A DNA stretch of 26,043 nucleotides from Bdellovibrionota bacterium (GTDB taxonomy: Bacteria > Bdellovibrionota_C > UBA2361 > CALJRW01), in the NCBI GenBank assembly GCA_041740355.1, contig JBGSMD010000065.1:1-26043 (forward strand), written 5' to 3'. The stretch's first letter is position 1. Every line of letters starts with the position of its first letter. Made by a program: the position numbers and the translations under genes. Below are positions 1-8,370 of this stretch, piece by piece. Under the pieces are notes generated by a model. The model ran no database searches and was not told the origin of the DNA. It saw only the letters and a program-made list of their open reading frames with translations.

Positions 1-60
1 ACAAAAAATAAATTACGTAAAAATCAAATAGATTGAGTTGTTTTTTGTCATAACTATATA
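1..60. repeat. Inverted-repeat element type A (left arm truncated by window edge)
   Basis: 1-19 ACAAAAAATAAATTACGTA and 38-60 TTGTTTTTTGTCATAACTATATA are reverse complements of parts of 1900-1960; 32-bp spacer between the A6 and T6 runs, same as the 1900-1971 copy. Confidence 0.9.
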
Positions 61-137
61 ATTTTATTATCCCTCCGGGGGATAGAAAGCCCCAAAAAGT
101 AATTTCCTTACGTAAATTACTTTTTGGACTTTCTATA
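61..137. repeat. Linker + GC hairpin + inverted-repeat element type B
   Basis: TATCCC(68-73)/GGGATA(79-84); CCAAAAAGTAATTT(92-105)/AAATTACTTTTTGG(114-127); TAGAAAG(83-89)/CTTTCTA(129-135). Homologous to 3806-3881, 10128-10207 and 25085-25163. Confidence 0.9.
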
Positions 138-191
138 ATAAATTTCTTGGATACTCTTATTGTCTTTATTTAAATTAAAATTTTGAAAGTT

Positions 192-230
192 AAAAGAAAC
201 TGTCTGATTTGTTTGATTTAACTCAGACAG
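192..230 (-). terminator. Possible intrinsic terminator of the 264-1637 gene
   Basis: CTGTCTGA(200-207)/TCAGACAG(223-230) 8-bp stem followed on the minus strand by TTTCTTTT; the loop is long (15 nt). Confidence 0.4.
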
Positions 231-263
231 AAGCAAAAAAGAAACAGACTGCCGCCGATGGCT

Positions 264-1637
264 TTAAAAATATCCTAAAGATTTTAATTGCTTAATTTCT
301 TCTGCGGTTTCGGTTGTGTATTCCTCAACCTGATATCCAGTAAAACTTTTCTCCAACATTTGAATCTCCTGCATCCTACTTTTAACCTCGCCAGTTTCAA
401 TCTGACTAAAATCGTTCTGTTCGGTTGGATCGGTAATTAGGTTGTAGTAGTTAATTTCTGATTGAGTATGGTTATTTAAGAGATGTCCTTTGGGGTTTAT
501 ATGAGATCTAATTTTAATCTTTCCATCTAACTCTGAAAATTGAAATTTGCGAGTGTAGTTTGCGGCATCCTTAGTGTTTAATATTTTCCAAAGTGACTGA
601 CCGTTAGTTTTTTGTTGATGAGTAAGCCCAAGCATCTCGGTAATAGTGTCAAATAAATCTATTGTACTGACTTGAGTTTTTATGCGACCAGGTTGTACTT
701 CTGGCACATAGATGATTAATGGAACTTGCAAGAGTTCGCGATGCAGGGAACCCTTATGCCCAATATCTCCATGTTCCAGAAATTCTTCTCCATGATCCGA
801 CGTGATGATTACAATCGTGTTATCAAGCAGAGCTTTATCTTCTAATAAATCAAAAACTTCGCCGATCTTGGTATCAGCAAAGCGAATCCCGCCATCATAT
901 CGATCAGAAATATATTTCGCATGACCTGTTGTTAATTTTTGATTTTTAAATTGTTTGCCACATCTGCGAGGATCGGTTGCTATCGCACCTTCTGTATTAA
1001 ACATTTCCAAATATGGTTGTGGCGAATTGTAAGGGCAATGAACATCAAATGTATGCAGAAAAATAAAAAACTTCTCATCTGTTTTTAACGAATTAATATC
1101 GCTGATCAACTTTGGTATATTTTCATTTAAATCATATTTGTTACGATTCTTATTAGTTTTTGCCATTAAGTATTTTTCAAAGCCACGACTGAATCCGTAT
1201 CGTTCGCTAACATATCCCCCAGCTGTATATGCTAATGTACGATAGTTTTTAGCTTTAAAAAGCTCAGCCAACATTGTGATTTCTTGATCAACTTTAATTT
1301 TTGCGGGACGGTTGATTCCATGAACACTTGGAAACATACCTGTAAAGAAGCTCATGTGCGTGGGAAGAGTCCAAGAGGAAACACTAATGGCGTCCTCAAA
1401 CACGACTGCTTTTTTGGAAAACTCCGCTATTTTTGGACTTGTTTCAAAATTATAACCATAGGTATTAAGTCTGTCGGCGCGTAGGGTATCAATCGAAATA
1501 AAAAGTAAATTATAGTCAATTCGAGGTTTAAGATCACTAATGTCATTTCTTTTTAGCGTCTCATAGTATTTAATTGAGAATATAATCCCAATGAGAGTTA
1601 GTAATATTACACTAGTTCTTTTAATTTTATTTACCAT
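264..1637 (-). CDS. Sulfatase-like hydrolase/transferase (alkaline phosphatase superfamily), Thr-type active site, N-terminal membrane anchor
   Basis: IDTLRAD, SSWTLPTHMSFFTG, HTFDVHCPY, YDGGI, SDHGEEFLEHG..GH motifs; C-terminal QLKSLGYF. Confidence 0.88.
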   Translation of the reverse strand: MVNKIKRTSVILLTLIGIIFSIKYYETLKRNDISDLKPRIDYNLLFISIDTLRADRLNTYGYNFETSPKIAEFSKKAVVFEDAISVSSWTLPTHMSFFTGMFPSVHGINRPAKIKVDQEITMLAELFKAKNYRTLAYTAGGYVSERYGFSRGFEKYLMAKTNKNRNKYDLNENIPKLISDINSLKTDEKFFIFLHTFDVHCPYNSPQPYLEMFNTEGAIATDPRRCGKQFKNQKLTTGHAKYISDRYDGGIRFADTKIGEVFDLLEDKALLDNTIVIITSDHGEEFLEHGDIGHKGSLHRELLQVPLIIYVPEVQPGRIKTQVSTIDLFDTITEMLGLTHQQKTNGQSLWKILNTKDAANYTRKFQFSELDGKIKIRSHINPKGHLLNNHTQSEINYYNLITDPTEQNDFSQIETGEVKSRMQEIQMLEKSFTGYQVEEYTTETAEEIKQLKSLGYF

Positions 1638-1899
1638 TACTTCCGTTGATCTAAACTCAGAATTCGATTATTTAACAATAATTAAGAAACTTAATTTATA
1701 TTTCAGGATAACTCAACATAATCTGGTTCAAGAGCGATTTTATTGTCTGCGCGTGGTGAAAACCATTTAATCTTAAATTTAGCGTAAAGCTAATTATGGG
1801 TCTAAATCAATTTAATATTGGACTCCTTGTTTCTGGAGTTTAATTTAGATTAACGTCCTTCATGATTTAGTTTGACGAAATCTAAGAGCCTCTAAGAAG

Positions 1900-1971
1900 T
1901 ATATAGTTATGACAAAAAACAAGTAACTTTATTTTAACTATACGTAATTTATTTTTTGTCATAACTATATA
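1900..1971. repeat. Inverted-repeat element type A (MITE-like), complete
   Basis: Perfect 20-bp arms TATATAGTTATGACAAAAAA(1900-1919)/TTTTTTGTCATAACTATATA(1952-1971), 32-bp spacer. Confidence 0.92.
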
Positions 1972-2043
1972 TTCTGTGTGTGTTAAGGTTTGTGGCACTT
2001 TAATCTTGAAATCAGGGAAGGCTAGTTTTTGGTTTTACTCAAA

Positions 2044-3660
2044 TTAGGCATCGATCCAAGCTCTTAGTGTCGCCCATTGCTTTTCATACTCCTCTGGAGT
2101 TACTGCCCTTTTAAAAAGAATAAACTCATAGCGCTTATTAGGCTTGAAATCGGTAGGATACATAAATGGCGCGTATGGAAAATGAGCCTTTAACTCCTTA
2201 ACTCGCTGAAATTTGTCTGGTTTCTGAAGATTCGCATATAAGAAGGTTGGTTTGTGAATAGTAAAATATTCCAGTGGAGCTTTTAAGTCATGCCCAGGCG
2301 AGCGAAGAGTTTTCTGTTGAAATTTAGAACTAAGCTTAGTGCAAAGTCCCAGGCGATCATAAATATAGAGCTCAGAAAAATATCCAATATTACCAATCGC
2401 ACCCTCCACCAAGGAATCCCCAGGAGTTGATAATGACTTTAGCTTCTCTCCAACATGCCTCCATCTGATTGAGTTTTCTTTCATTAATTTCCATTGCTCA
2501 ATTTCTTCTAAAAAAATACGATCATTAAGCCGAAAGTGAAAATTAGATCTAATACTTTTGGTAACAATCTGAGTTGTTGTAAATGGGCAGACTGAAAGAA
2601 TTATAAAAAAAAGACAGAGTATTATTGGAGCAAGCCTACCAAGTAACCTCGCACGCTCAAATAGTACTCCCAGAAGTAATGCTTGAAAAGCAATCGCAGG
2701 AATTAAAAACCTTCCCATCGCCATGTAATCACCGCCTGTTAAAACAGAGTAAGCAAAAAAACCTAGATAGCAAATAAAGACAAGAAAGATTTTTAAATTT
2801 AATTTTAACAAGGGGACTAAAATTGCTATGAGTGGCAGTAAGAATGTTAAGCAAAATACGGTAATATAGTTAAACCCTCGTTGTAATCGAGCAAGTGACA
2901 TTCCTAGCTTGGCAGATGCCGTATTTGGTGACATTTCATGGTAGTAGGAATAGCGACAAAATGTATAAATGATAATAGTGGCTATCAAAAACATTAAGAA
3001 TTTAAAAGCAAGAGCTCGTCTATCCGGCAAAAAAATTATAGCAAGAATACAAAAAGTAACTGCCCAAAGCGCACCTTCTGCTCGAATTAAACAAAGCCCG
3101 AATCCATAAAGACAAAGCATCGCCAACTTGGCTTCTTTTTTTAAAAATAAATATTCAAAGACTAGAAAGATTATTAGCGCAAAAGGTATTGGTTCTAAGC
3201 CACTAGAGCCCCAAATAATAATTGCCGGACATAAAGCGACTGTAGAGGCAGCAAATGCGGCGCTTTCCTTGGATAACTGAAAATATGTAATGCCAGAAGC
3301 ATAGACTTTCCAAATAAGAATCAATCCTAAGGGCATTGATAAATAAGGAACGATTTGATAACTGGGAATCCCAAAAAACTCAAAGAAAGCAGCCACCAGA
3401 ACCCACAAGAGATTACTATAACCCTCTACAGGAACTTCATTCGCAATGTTAAATCGTAGTCCTTCCCCTAAGGCAAAATTTTTAGCAAAACGAAATGAAA
3501 TAAAGGCATCATCGGCAATCCAAAAATACTTAAGCATTAATACAAAGCTTGCTAGCATTGATAATGCTAAGGTAAGGTAATGAAAGTTATTTTTGAAGAA
3601 ATCTTTCCACATGGTAAGGTAACTTAGCATGTTGCTAATTTTGCATAAAGCGATTAGCAA
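2044..3660 (-). CDS. Polytopic membrane GT-C fold glycosyltransferase-like protein (AftB-like N-terminal loop); true start probably ATG at 3630 or 3612
   Basis: About 10 hydrophobic segments; first loop WIADDAFISFRFAKNFALGEGLRFN...VEGYSNLLW resembles the DD-motif loop of arabinofuranosyltransferase AftB-like proteins; SGLE, RAEG, PNT..AK, GGDYM..GRF motifs. Confidence 0.7.
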   Translation of the reverse strand: MLIALCKISNMLSYLTMWKDFFKNNFHYLTLALSMLASFVLMLKYFWIADDAFISFRFAKNFALGEGLRFNIANEVPVEGYSNLLWVLVAAFFEFFGIPSYQIVPYLSMPLGLILIWKVYASGITYFQLSKESAAFAASTVALCPAIIIWGSSGLEPIPFALIIFLVFEYLFLKKEAKLAMLCLYGFGLCLIRAEGALWAVTFCILAIIFLPDRRALAFKFLMFLIATIIIYTFCRYSYYHEMSPNTASAKLGMSLARLQRGFNYITVFCLTFLLPLIAILVPLLKLNLKIFLVFICYLGFFAYSVLTGGDYMAMGRFLIPAIAFQALLLGVLFERARLLGRLAPIILCLFFIILSVCPFTTTQIVTKSIRSNFHFRLNDRIFLEEIEQWKLMKENSIRWRHVGEKLKSLSTPGDSLVEGAIGNIGYFSELYIYDRLGLCTKLSSKFQQKTLRSPGHDLKAPLEYFTIHKPTFLYANLQKPDKFQRVKELKAHFPYAPFMYPTDFKPNKRYEFILFKRAVTPEEYEKQWATLRAWIDA

Positions 3661-3734
3661 GTTGAGTAGGAAAATTGATTGACAGCCAAAAAAAGTTTCT
3701 AAAGTATTGTAAGTCTAGGTTGTCAGTGAGTTTT

Positions 3735-3805
3735 TATGTAGTTATGACAAAAAGTAATTTCTTAATCTTTAAAAGTTAGTTTTGTGTTTTTTGTCATAAC
3801 TATAT
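3735..3805. repeat. Inverted-repeat element type A
   Basis: TATGTAGTTATGACAAAAA(3735-3753)/TTTTTTGTCATAACTATAT(3787-3805); GAC-to-GTC distance (44 nt) identical to the copies at 1 and 1900. Confidence 0.9.
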
Positions 3806-3881
3806 GATTTTATTATCCATCTGGGGGATAGTAAGCCCCAAAAAGTAATTCCAAACGGAAATTACTTTTTGGAATTACTAT
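3806..3881. repeat. Linker + GC hairpin + element type B
   Basis: ATTTTATTATCCATCTGGGGGATAGTAAGCCCCAAAAAGTAATT...AATTACTTTTTGGAATTACTAT, collinear with 61-137. Confidence 0.9.
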
Positions 3882-3898
3882 TATGAAACATTGGAATC

Positions 3899-5029
3899 AT
3901 GATTAAGTTTTTATTTCTTTTATTCTTATTTCCAGCAGTAGCTTTTGGACAGAAGCAATTCGTTCTAATTACCATGGACGACATGAGGCCCGATGACATG
4001 AGGTTTATGCCAAAACTTCAGAAATACTTTGAGGAAAATGGTAAGAACCTGGACCGAGCCTTTAATTCTTGTCCTCTTTGTTGCCCTAGTCGCGCAACTT
4101 TAATGACGGGCTTGTTCGCACAGAATCATGGTGTAACTAAAAACACGACACCACTTAGTAAGAAAACTATCTTTGAGGTTATTAAGGAACAGAAGCCAGA
4201 GATTAAGACTGGCATGATTGGTAAATATCTCAACTCTTATAATGGTGAGTACAAGTCTGAGTTTGATCTTTGGGCTGTTTATAAGGGTCGGATGATTTAC
4301 AATTGGTTTAACTTCCTGATGAATATTAATGGAACTTGGACTCAGATTCGTCAATATGTCTCTGATTATTATCTAGGTTTAGCTAATACATTTGTACAAG
4401 AAAATAAAGATCATGATTTTGTCTTGTATTTACATTTCACTGCACCGCACTACCCTTACCAAACACCAAGTAACTTTGAGTGGAGTTGTGCTAAGTTTGG
4501 CAGTTTGTTACCAAGAAAATTTAATAGGCTTGATCCAAATGCTCCGAAATCTTATCGGAAATTAAAGCGGAGGGATAAAGCCCAGGCAGAGGATGTTGCT
4601 TGTAAAAGAGCTAGGTCCATCGCTTATATCGATTCGAAGATCATACCCTTCTTAGATTCTCTTAATAGTTTAGGCATTGAAGTTATATTCCTTTCTGATA
4701 ATGGCATCATGCTTGGTGATTATCGACAAATTTCTAAAGGGATGCCCTATGAGCAGGTAATCCGAAGCCCTTTTCTTACTTTAAATATTGAGATTGAAGA
4801 AGAGAGACTAACTAGCTTTGTGGATGTTGCCACTAATCTATATTATGAATTGGACTTACTGCCACCTTACCCACTAGATGGATTAGGCTATGAACTAAAC
4901 AGAGATTCTGTTTTAGTTGAAAGCTACTATGATGGTGAGGGAAAGATTCCCTTTATCGCAGATGTTTCCAGAGATTTGATTGACGTTCACTATTTGACTG
5001 GAGAGACACAAAAAATCCAGTTGAAATAA
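3899..5029 (+). CDS. Cys-type (formylglycine-dependent, S1) sulfatase with signal peptide, N-acetylglucosamine-6-sulfatase-like
   Basis: ITMDD, PLCCPSRATLMTG (CxPxR), GKYLN, APH, SDNG, SKGMPYE motifs; signal peptide ending AVAFG. Confidence 0.88.
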   Translation: MIKFLFLLFLFPAVAFGQKQFVLITMDDMRPDDMRFMPKLQKYFEENGKNLDRAFNSCPLCCPSRATLMTGLFAQNHGVTKNTTPLSKKTIFEVIKEQKPEIKTGMIGKYLNSYNGEYKSEFDLWAVYKGRMIYNWFNFLMNINGTWTQIRQYVSDYYLGLANTFVQENKDHDFVLYLHFTAPHYPYQTPSNFEWSCAKFGSLLPRKFNRLDPNAPKSYRKLKRRDKAQAEDVACKRARSIAYIDSKIIPFLDSLNSLGIEVIFLSDNGIMLGDYRQISKGMPYEQVIRSPFLTLNIEIEEERLTSFVDVATNLYYELDLLPPYPLDGLGYELNRDSVLVESYYDGEGKIPFIADVSRDLIDVHYLTGETQKIQLK

Positions 5030-5057
5030 AAAAGGTTTAGGTTTGTAAGACTAAATT

Positions 5058-6656
5058 TTAGAGGATTGGTGTGATTGCTTTTGTTGGATCGAATCGATAG
5101 ATAATCATATCATGATCTGAAAAAACTTTATGATAGTATTTTGATAGTGTTTTGCTAGAAATAAGTTTTTGCGCAGCACTCTGATTGAGTACCAGTAAAG
5201 GGACTCCCGATTGTACGCGTTGTTTGAGTCTGGCTAGGCTGATAATTTTAAATCGATCTTGTTCTTGCGGGCTAAGCTTTCTTGCAATATTAAAACCAAA
5301 ATTATTAGCAATTTCAGGGGCGAAGTTTGCCTGTGAATTGAATATGTACCCTGGCCAAATGGCAACTAGTTCTTCATTCTTAGGATTATTATCGGCAATT
5401 TTTTTGGCCAACTGGTCAAGCTGATCAATGGTGTGTGGTGGAACGAGTGAGGAACCACGAAAGCTCGTTACTTGACTAGGTCTTTCAATAAAAGAATATA
5501 GATCTGTCGAAAATCTCCAACTATAGGCTAAACCTAACACGAGTATTGCCGAACCGTAAATTATGGGGCCATATTTAATAACTCTTAATTGATCTATTAG
5601 TAAGACTGTAATTGTAATTAAAAAAGGAACAAGAATTACGAAATATTGAACTAGGGTTGGGGTCGGTGTTAAGCTAATGATTAACAAGGCAGTAATAAAT
5701 AAAATTGACCAATCAAAACGACATCGCTTAATTACCATCAAGATTAATGAAAAAATTGAAATCCAGAGTAAAATTGGGATTTGCAGGCTGACAAATTTCA
5801 TTGAGGGGCGAAGTCCAAGTAGTCCTTGGAGAATTAGGAGTTTCTGTTCGATTGCTTTTGTAGGGGTTAATCCAGATCTTAGGAGATGATAGCCAAGATT
5901 ATTAAACCAAAATTTGCCTGGATCTAAACAAAATAATGCCAGCATCGGTGTAAGGCCGATGATCCCACCAACTAGAAAGGGAATAAAAAGTTGGCGATTC
6001 CGAAAAAATATAATTAGCAGACAGAGAGGAGCTAAGACAGCAACATATGATCGGCAACCAATAGCTAGAGCCAAAAAAAGGCCCGACCAAAAGTATCGCC
6101 AGCGATTAGGACTAAACACTAACAAATAATAACTTGCAAACAAAAACAATGTTGGAAGCCCATAGTTTTTGATTGTTAAAAGCCAATTCAAAGTAAGTGT
6201 TGAGGTGTTCAGCAAGAGTAACCCTACTAGTGCGGCAGGCCAGCTACAACTTTTTCTTAAGCGCGCAAAAACTAATAGGCCAAGAAGGGCAAAAATAATA
6301 GCTGAAAACCAACGAGCACTTAACCAGCTGGCACCAAAAAGTTGAAACCAGCTAGCAATAAAATATGGTTGATATGGTGCTTGTGGATAGAAAAAATCTA
6401 AATAAGGTTTACTCCCTTGTGTAACCAGTTCTGCTGCTAATAAATAAAAGCCTTCGTCCGGAGCAACAAAGCGAGATGTGCTAATAGTTGTGAGCCATAA
6501 AATTTGGATTATGAATAGTAACGTGTAGAGGATTTTCTCTTTGTTAGTTTTAAACTTCATTGGGCTAATATTCTGTCTTCGTAGTTCAAAGAGTAAAACA
6601 TTTAAATCTAAGTTTTTCAACTTATACCTCTGTTTCTGATATGAAATTAGACACAT
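5058..6656 (-). CDS. ArnT/PMT_2-like GT-C membrane glycosyltransferase; probable start ATG at 6560
   Basis: PDEGFYLLAAELVTQGSKPYLDFFYPQAP acidic first loop, FG.S...AR, about 11 TM segments, soluble C-terminal domain. Confidence 0.78.
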   Translation of the reverse strand: MCLISYQKQRYKLKNLDLNVLLFELRRQNISPMKFKTNKEKILYTLLFIIQILWLTTISTSRFVAPDEGFYLLAAELVTQGSKPYLDFFYPQAPYQPYFIASWFQLFGASWLSARWFSAIIFALLGLLVFARLRKSCSWPAALVGLLLLNTSTLTLNWLLTIKNYGLPTLFLFASYYLLVFSPNRWRYFWSGLFLALAIGCRSYVAVLAPLCLLIIFFRNRQLFIPFLVGGIIGLTPMLALFCLDPGKFWFNNLGYHLLRSGLTPTKAIEQKLLILQGLLGLRPSMKFVSLQIPILLWISIFSLILMVIKRCRFDWSILFITALLIISLTPTPTLVQYFVILVPFLITITVLLIDQLRVIKYGPIIYGSAILVLGLAYSWRFSTDLYSFIERPSQVTSFRGSSLVPPHTIDQLDQLAKKIADNNPKNEELVAIWPGYIFNSQANFAPEIANNFGFNIARKLSPQEQDRFKIISLARLKQRVQSGVPLLVLNQSAAQKLISSKTLSKYYHKVFSDHDMIIYRFDPTKAITPIL

Positions 6657-6712
6657 TTAAAGATATATGATTTCATAGCTAAATTAGCCCAAAAGTAGGC
6701 TCTCTGTCTTTC

Positions 6713-8083
6713 TTGCAAAGTCTTTCTATGATGAAAAAAATAATTATTTTAACGATATTAATTTTGTTGCTTGCTGGTGGATATTTTTATTCAAATACAG
6801 CAGAGAAGAAAGGTTTTGTTACTTCTAATAACTCGATACCTGAATCGAATTTTATTCTACCTGCCACTGACAACATAGTCTTTTTGGTCATTGATACCTT
6901 AAGAGCCGATCATTTACCTTTCTATGGTTATGATGTTGATACCGCACCGTTTCTTTCCAGTTTAGCAAGTAAATCTGTTGTCTTTGAAAATGCATTTTCA
7001 GCTAGTTCGACAACAGCTCCTGCTATGGCTTCTGTCTTTACGTCGGTTTATCCATCTCAGCATGGTGTTGTAATGGGGATGCAGGCGACGAAGCGTTTAG
7101 TGCAGATGCAAAATAAGTCTTATCAAGATCTCTCTATTAATAAAATTCCTGCAAACTTATTAACACTTGGTGAGATGATGAAAGAGCGTGGGTTTAAGAC
7201 TTATGGTGTCGCTGATAATTTAAACATTGATCATCAAATTGGTTATATTGAAGGCTTCGATCGATTTCAAACTTTTCCATACGAAGGTGCGCCAAAGATT
7301 AATCAAGTTGCCGAAAGTTATTTCCCTGATTTGGATAATACGCGACATTTCTTGTACTTGCATTACATGGATCCCCATATTCCATATCATCAACGAGAAC
7401 CATGGTTTGATGAGACTCATCCGAATCAAAAAATTGCCGCTTATGATAGCGAGATTCGTTATGCGGATGAACACATCAAGGAAATTTTTGAGAAATATCG
7501 AGTTTTGGATAACTCTTTAGTCGTTTTTCTTTCTGATCATGGGGAAGAGTTGGGCGATCATGGTGACTATGGCCATGGGCGAAATCTTTTTCCAGAAGTG
7601 ATTCGTGTCCCCTTGTTTATTTATCATCGAAATTTAAATCCAGCTCGAGTTAAGCAACCGGTGCATACTATAGATGTTTTACCAACCTTGGCTGATGTTA
7701 CTCAAGCTAAATCCATGTCATATTGGGAAGGTAAGTCTTTAACTCCTTATTTTGAAGATGCTAGCTACACAACAGTACGAACTACTTTCTCGCAACTGTT
7801 AGGGCCTAAGGAATATGTCCGTGAATTATTTTTAGCTGGTCACGACCAAGATCATTGGTTATACATTGATTCAGTAACTCAACAAAGAAAAGAACTTTTT
7901 AAACTGATCGATGATCCTTTAGCACAGGAGGATCTATTTTTGGTTTACCCAAATAAATCAATTGAAATTGGGGCAGAAGTTGATCAGCTTTTAGATCGAG
8001 GAGCCATCGGAGAAACAGAAAAGGTTGATATTAAGATGAATAAGAAAACTATCAATAAGCTAAAGACATTAGGATATTTCTAG
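6713..8083 (+). CDS. Sulfatase-like hydrolase/transferase, Thr-type, N-terminal anchor; probable start ATG at 6728 or 6731
   Basis: IDTLRADH, SSTTAPAMASVFTS, HYMDPHIPY, YDSEI, SDHGEE, GH; ends KLKTLGYF. Confidence 0.88.
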   Translation: MQSLSMMKKIIILTILILLLAGGYFYSNTAEKKGFVTSNNSIPESNFILPATDNIVFLVIDTLRADHLPFYGYDVDTAPFLSSLASKSVVFENAFSASSTTAPAMASVFTSVYPSQHGVVMGMQATKRLVQMQNKSYQDLSINKIPANLLTLGEMMKERGFKTYGVADNLNIDHQIGYIEGFDRFQTFPYEGAPKINQVAESYFPDLDNTRHFLYLHYMDPHIPYHQREPWFDETHPNQKIAAYDSEIRYADEHIKEIFEKYRVLDNSLVVFLSDHGEELGDHGDYGHGRNLFPEVIRVPLFIYHRNLNPARVKQPVHTIDVLPTLADVTQAKSMSYWEGKSLTPYFEDASYTTVRTTFSQLLGPKEYVRELFLAGHDQDHWLYIDSVTQQRKELFKLIDDPLAQEDLFLVYPNKSIEIGAEVDQLLDRGAIGETEKVDIKMNKKTINKLKTLGYF

Positions 8084-8138
8084 TAGGCTAATTTTTTACT
8101 TGTTCTATCAATTACCTAGGTGTAATTGAAATCCAGAA

Positions 8139-8195
8139 TATGTAGTTATGACAAAAAGTAATTCCTGACGAAAATTATTTTCTGGATTTACGATA
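8139..8195. repeat. Hybrid element: type A left arm joined to type B interior and right arm
   Basis: TATGTAGTTATGACAAAAAGTAATT (as at 3735) continues as CCTGACGAAAATTATTTTCTGGATTTACGATA, which resembles 106-137 and 3851-3881. Confidence 0.75.
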
Positions 8196-8271
8196 CTAAA
8201 ACCTCAGTAAACTGATAATCTGAAACACATCTTTCCAAGCCGTTTATTAATACCTAATTGGTTTTAGGATA
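8192..8271. repeat. Inverted-repeat element type C (degenerate)
   Basis: ATACTAAAACC...GGTTTTAGGATA ends; internal TTTCCAAGCCGTT and following TAA.A.CTAAT..GTTTTAG align without gaps to the reverse complement of 25164-25244; similar length (~79 bp). Confidence 0.7.
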
Positions 8272-8370
8272 GTTCAAACTAGCTACTTTTCCATTTTTGA
8301 AAATATTCAATGAGCTGGTTTTGGTAACAATTTCTTTCTAATTTCAATAAACTATGTAAAGTTAAAGGAC

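Noticed and set aside
1750-1810. c-di-GMP-I riboswitch resemblance (AAACC...GCGTAAAGCTA...GGGTCTAA)
   Set aside because: The expected P2 GNRA hairpin and P1 pairing are not in register, and it faces away from any downstream + strand gene
1900-1971. Type A elements as integron attC sites
   Set aside because: GTTA is on the left arm and TAAC on the right, the reverse of attC (RYYYAAC...GTTRRRY); genes are not co-oriented and no integrase is present
8108-8129. Hairpin TCAATTAC/GTAATTGA as terminator of the 6713-8083 gene
   Set aside because: AT-rich stem with no U-tract; too weak to call
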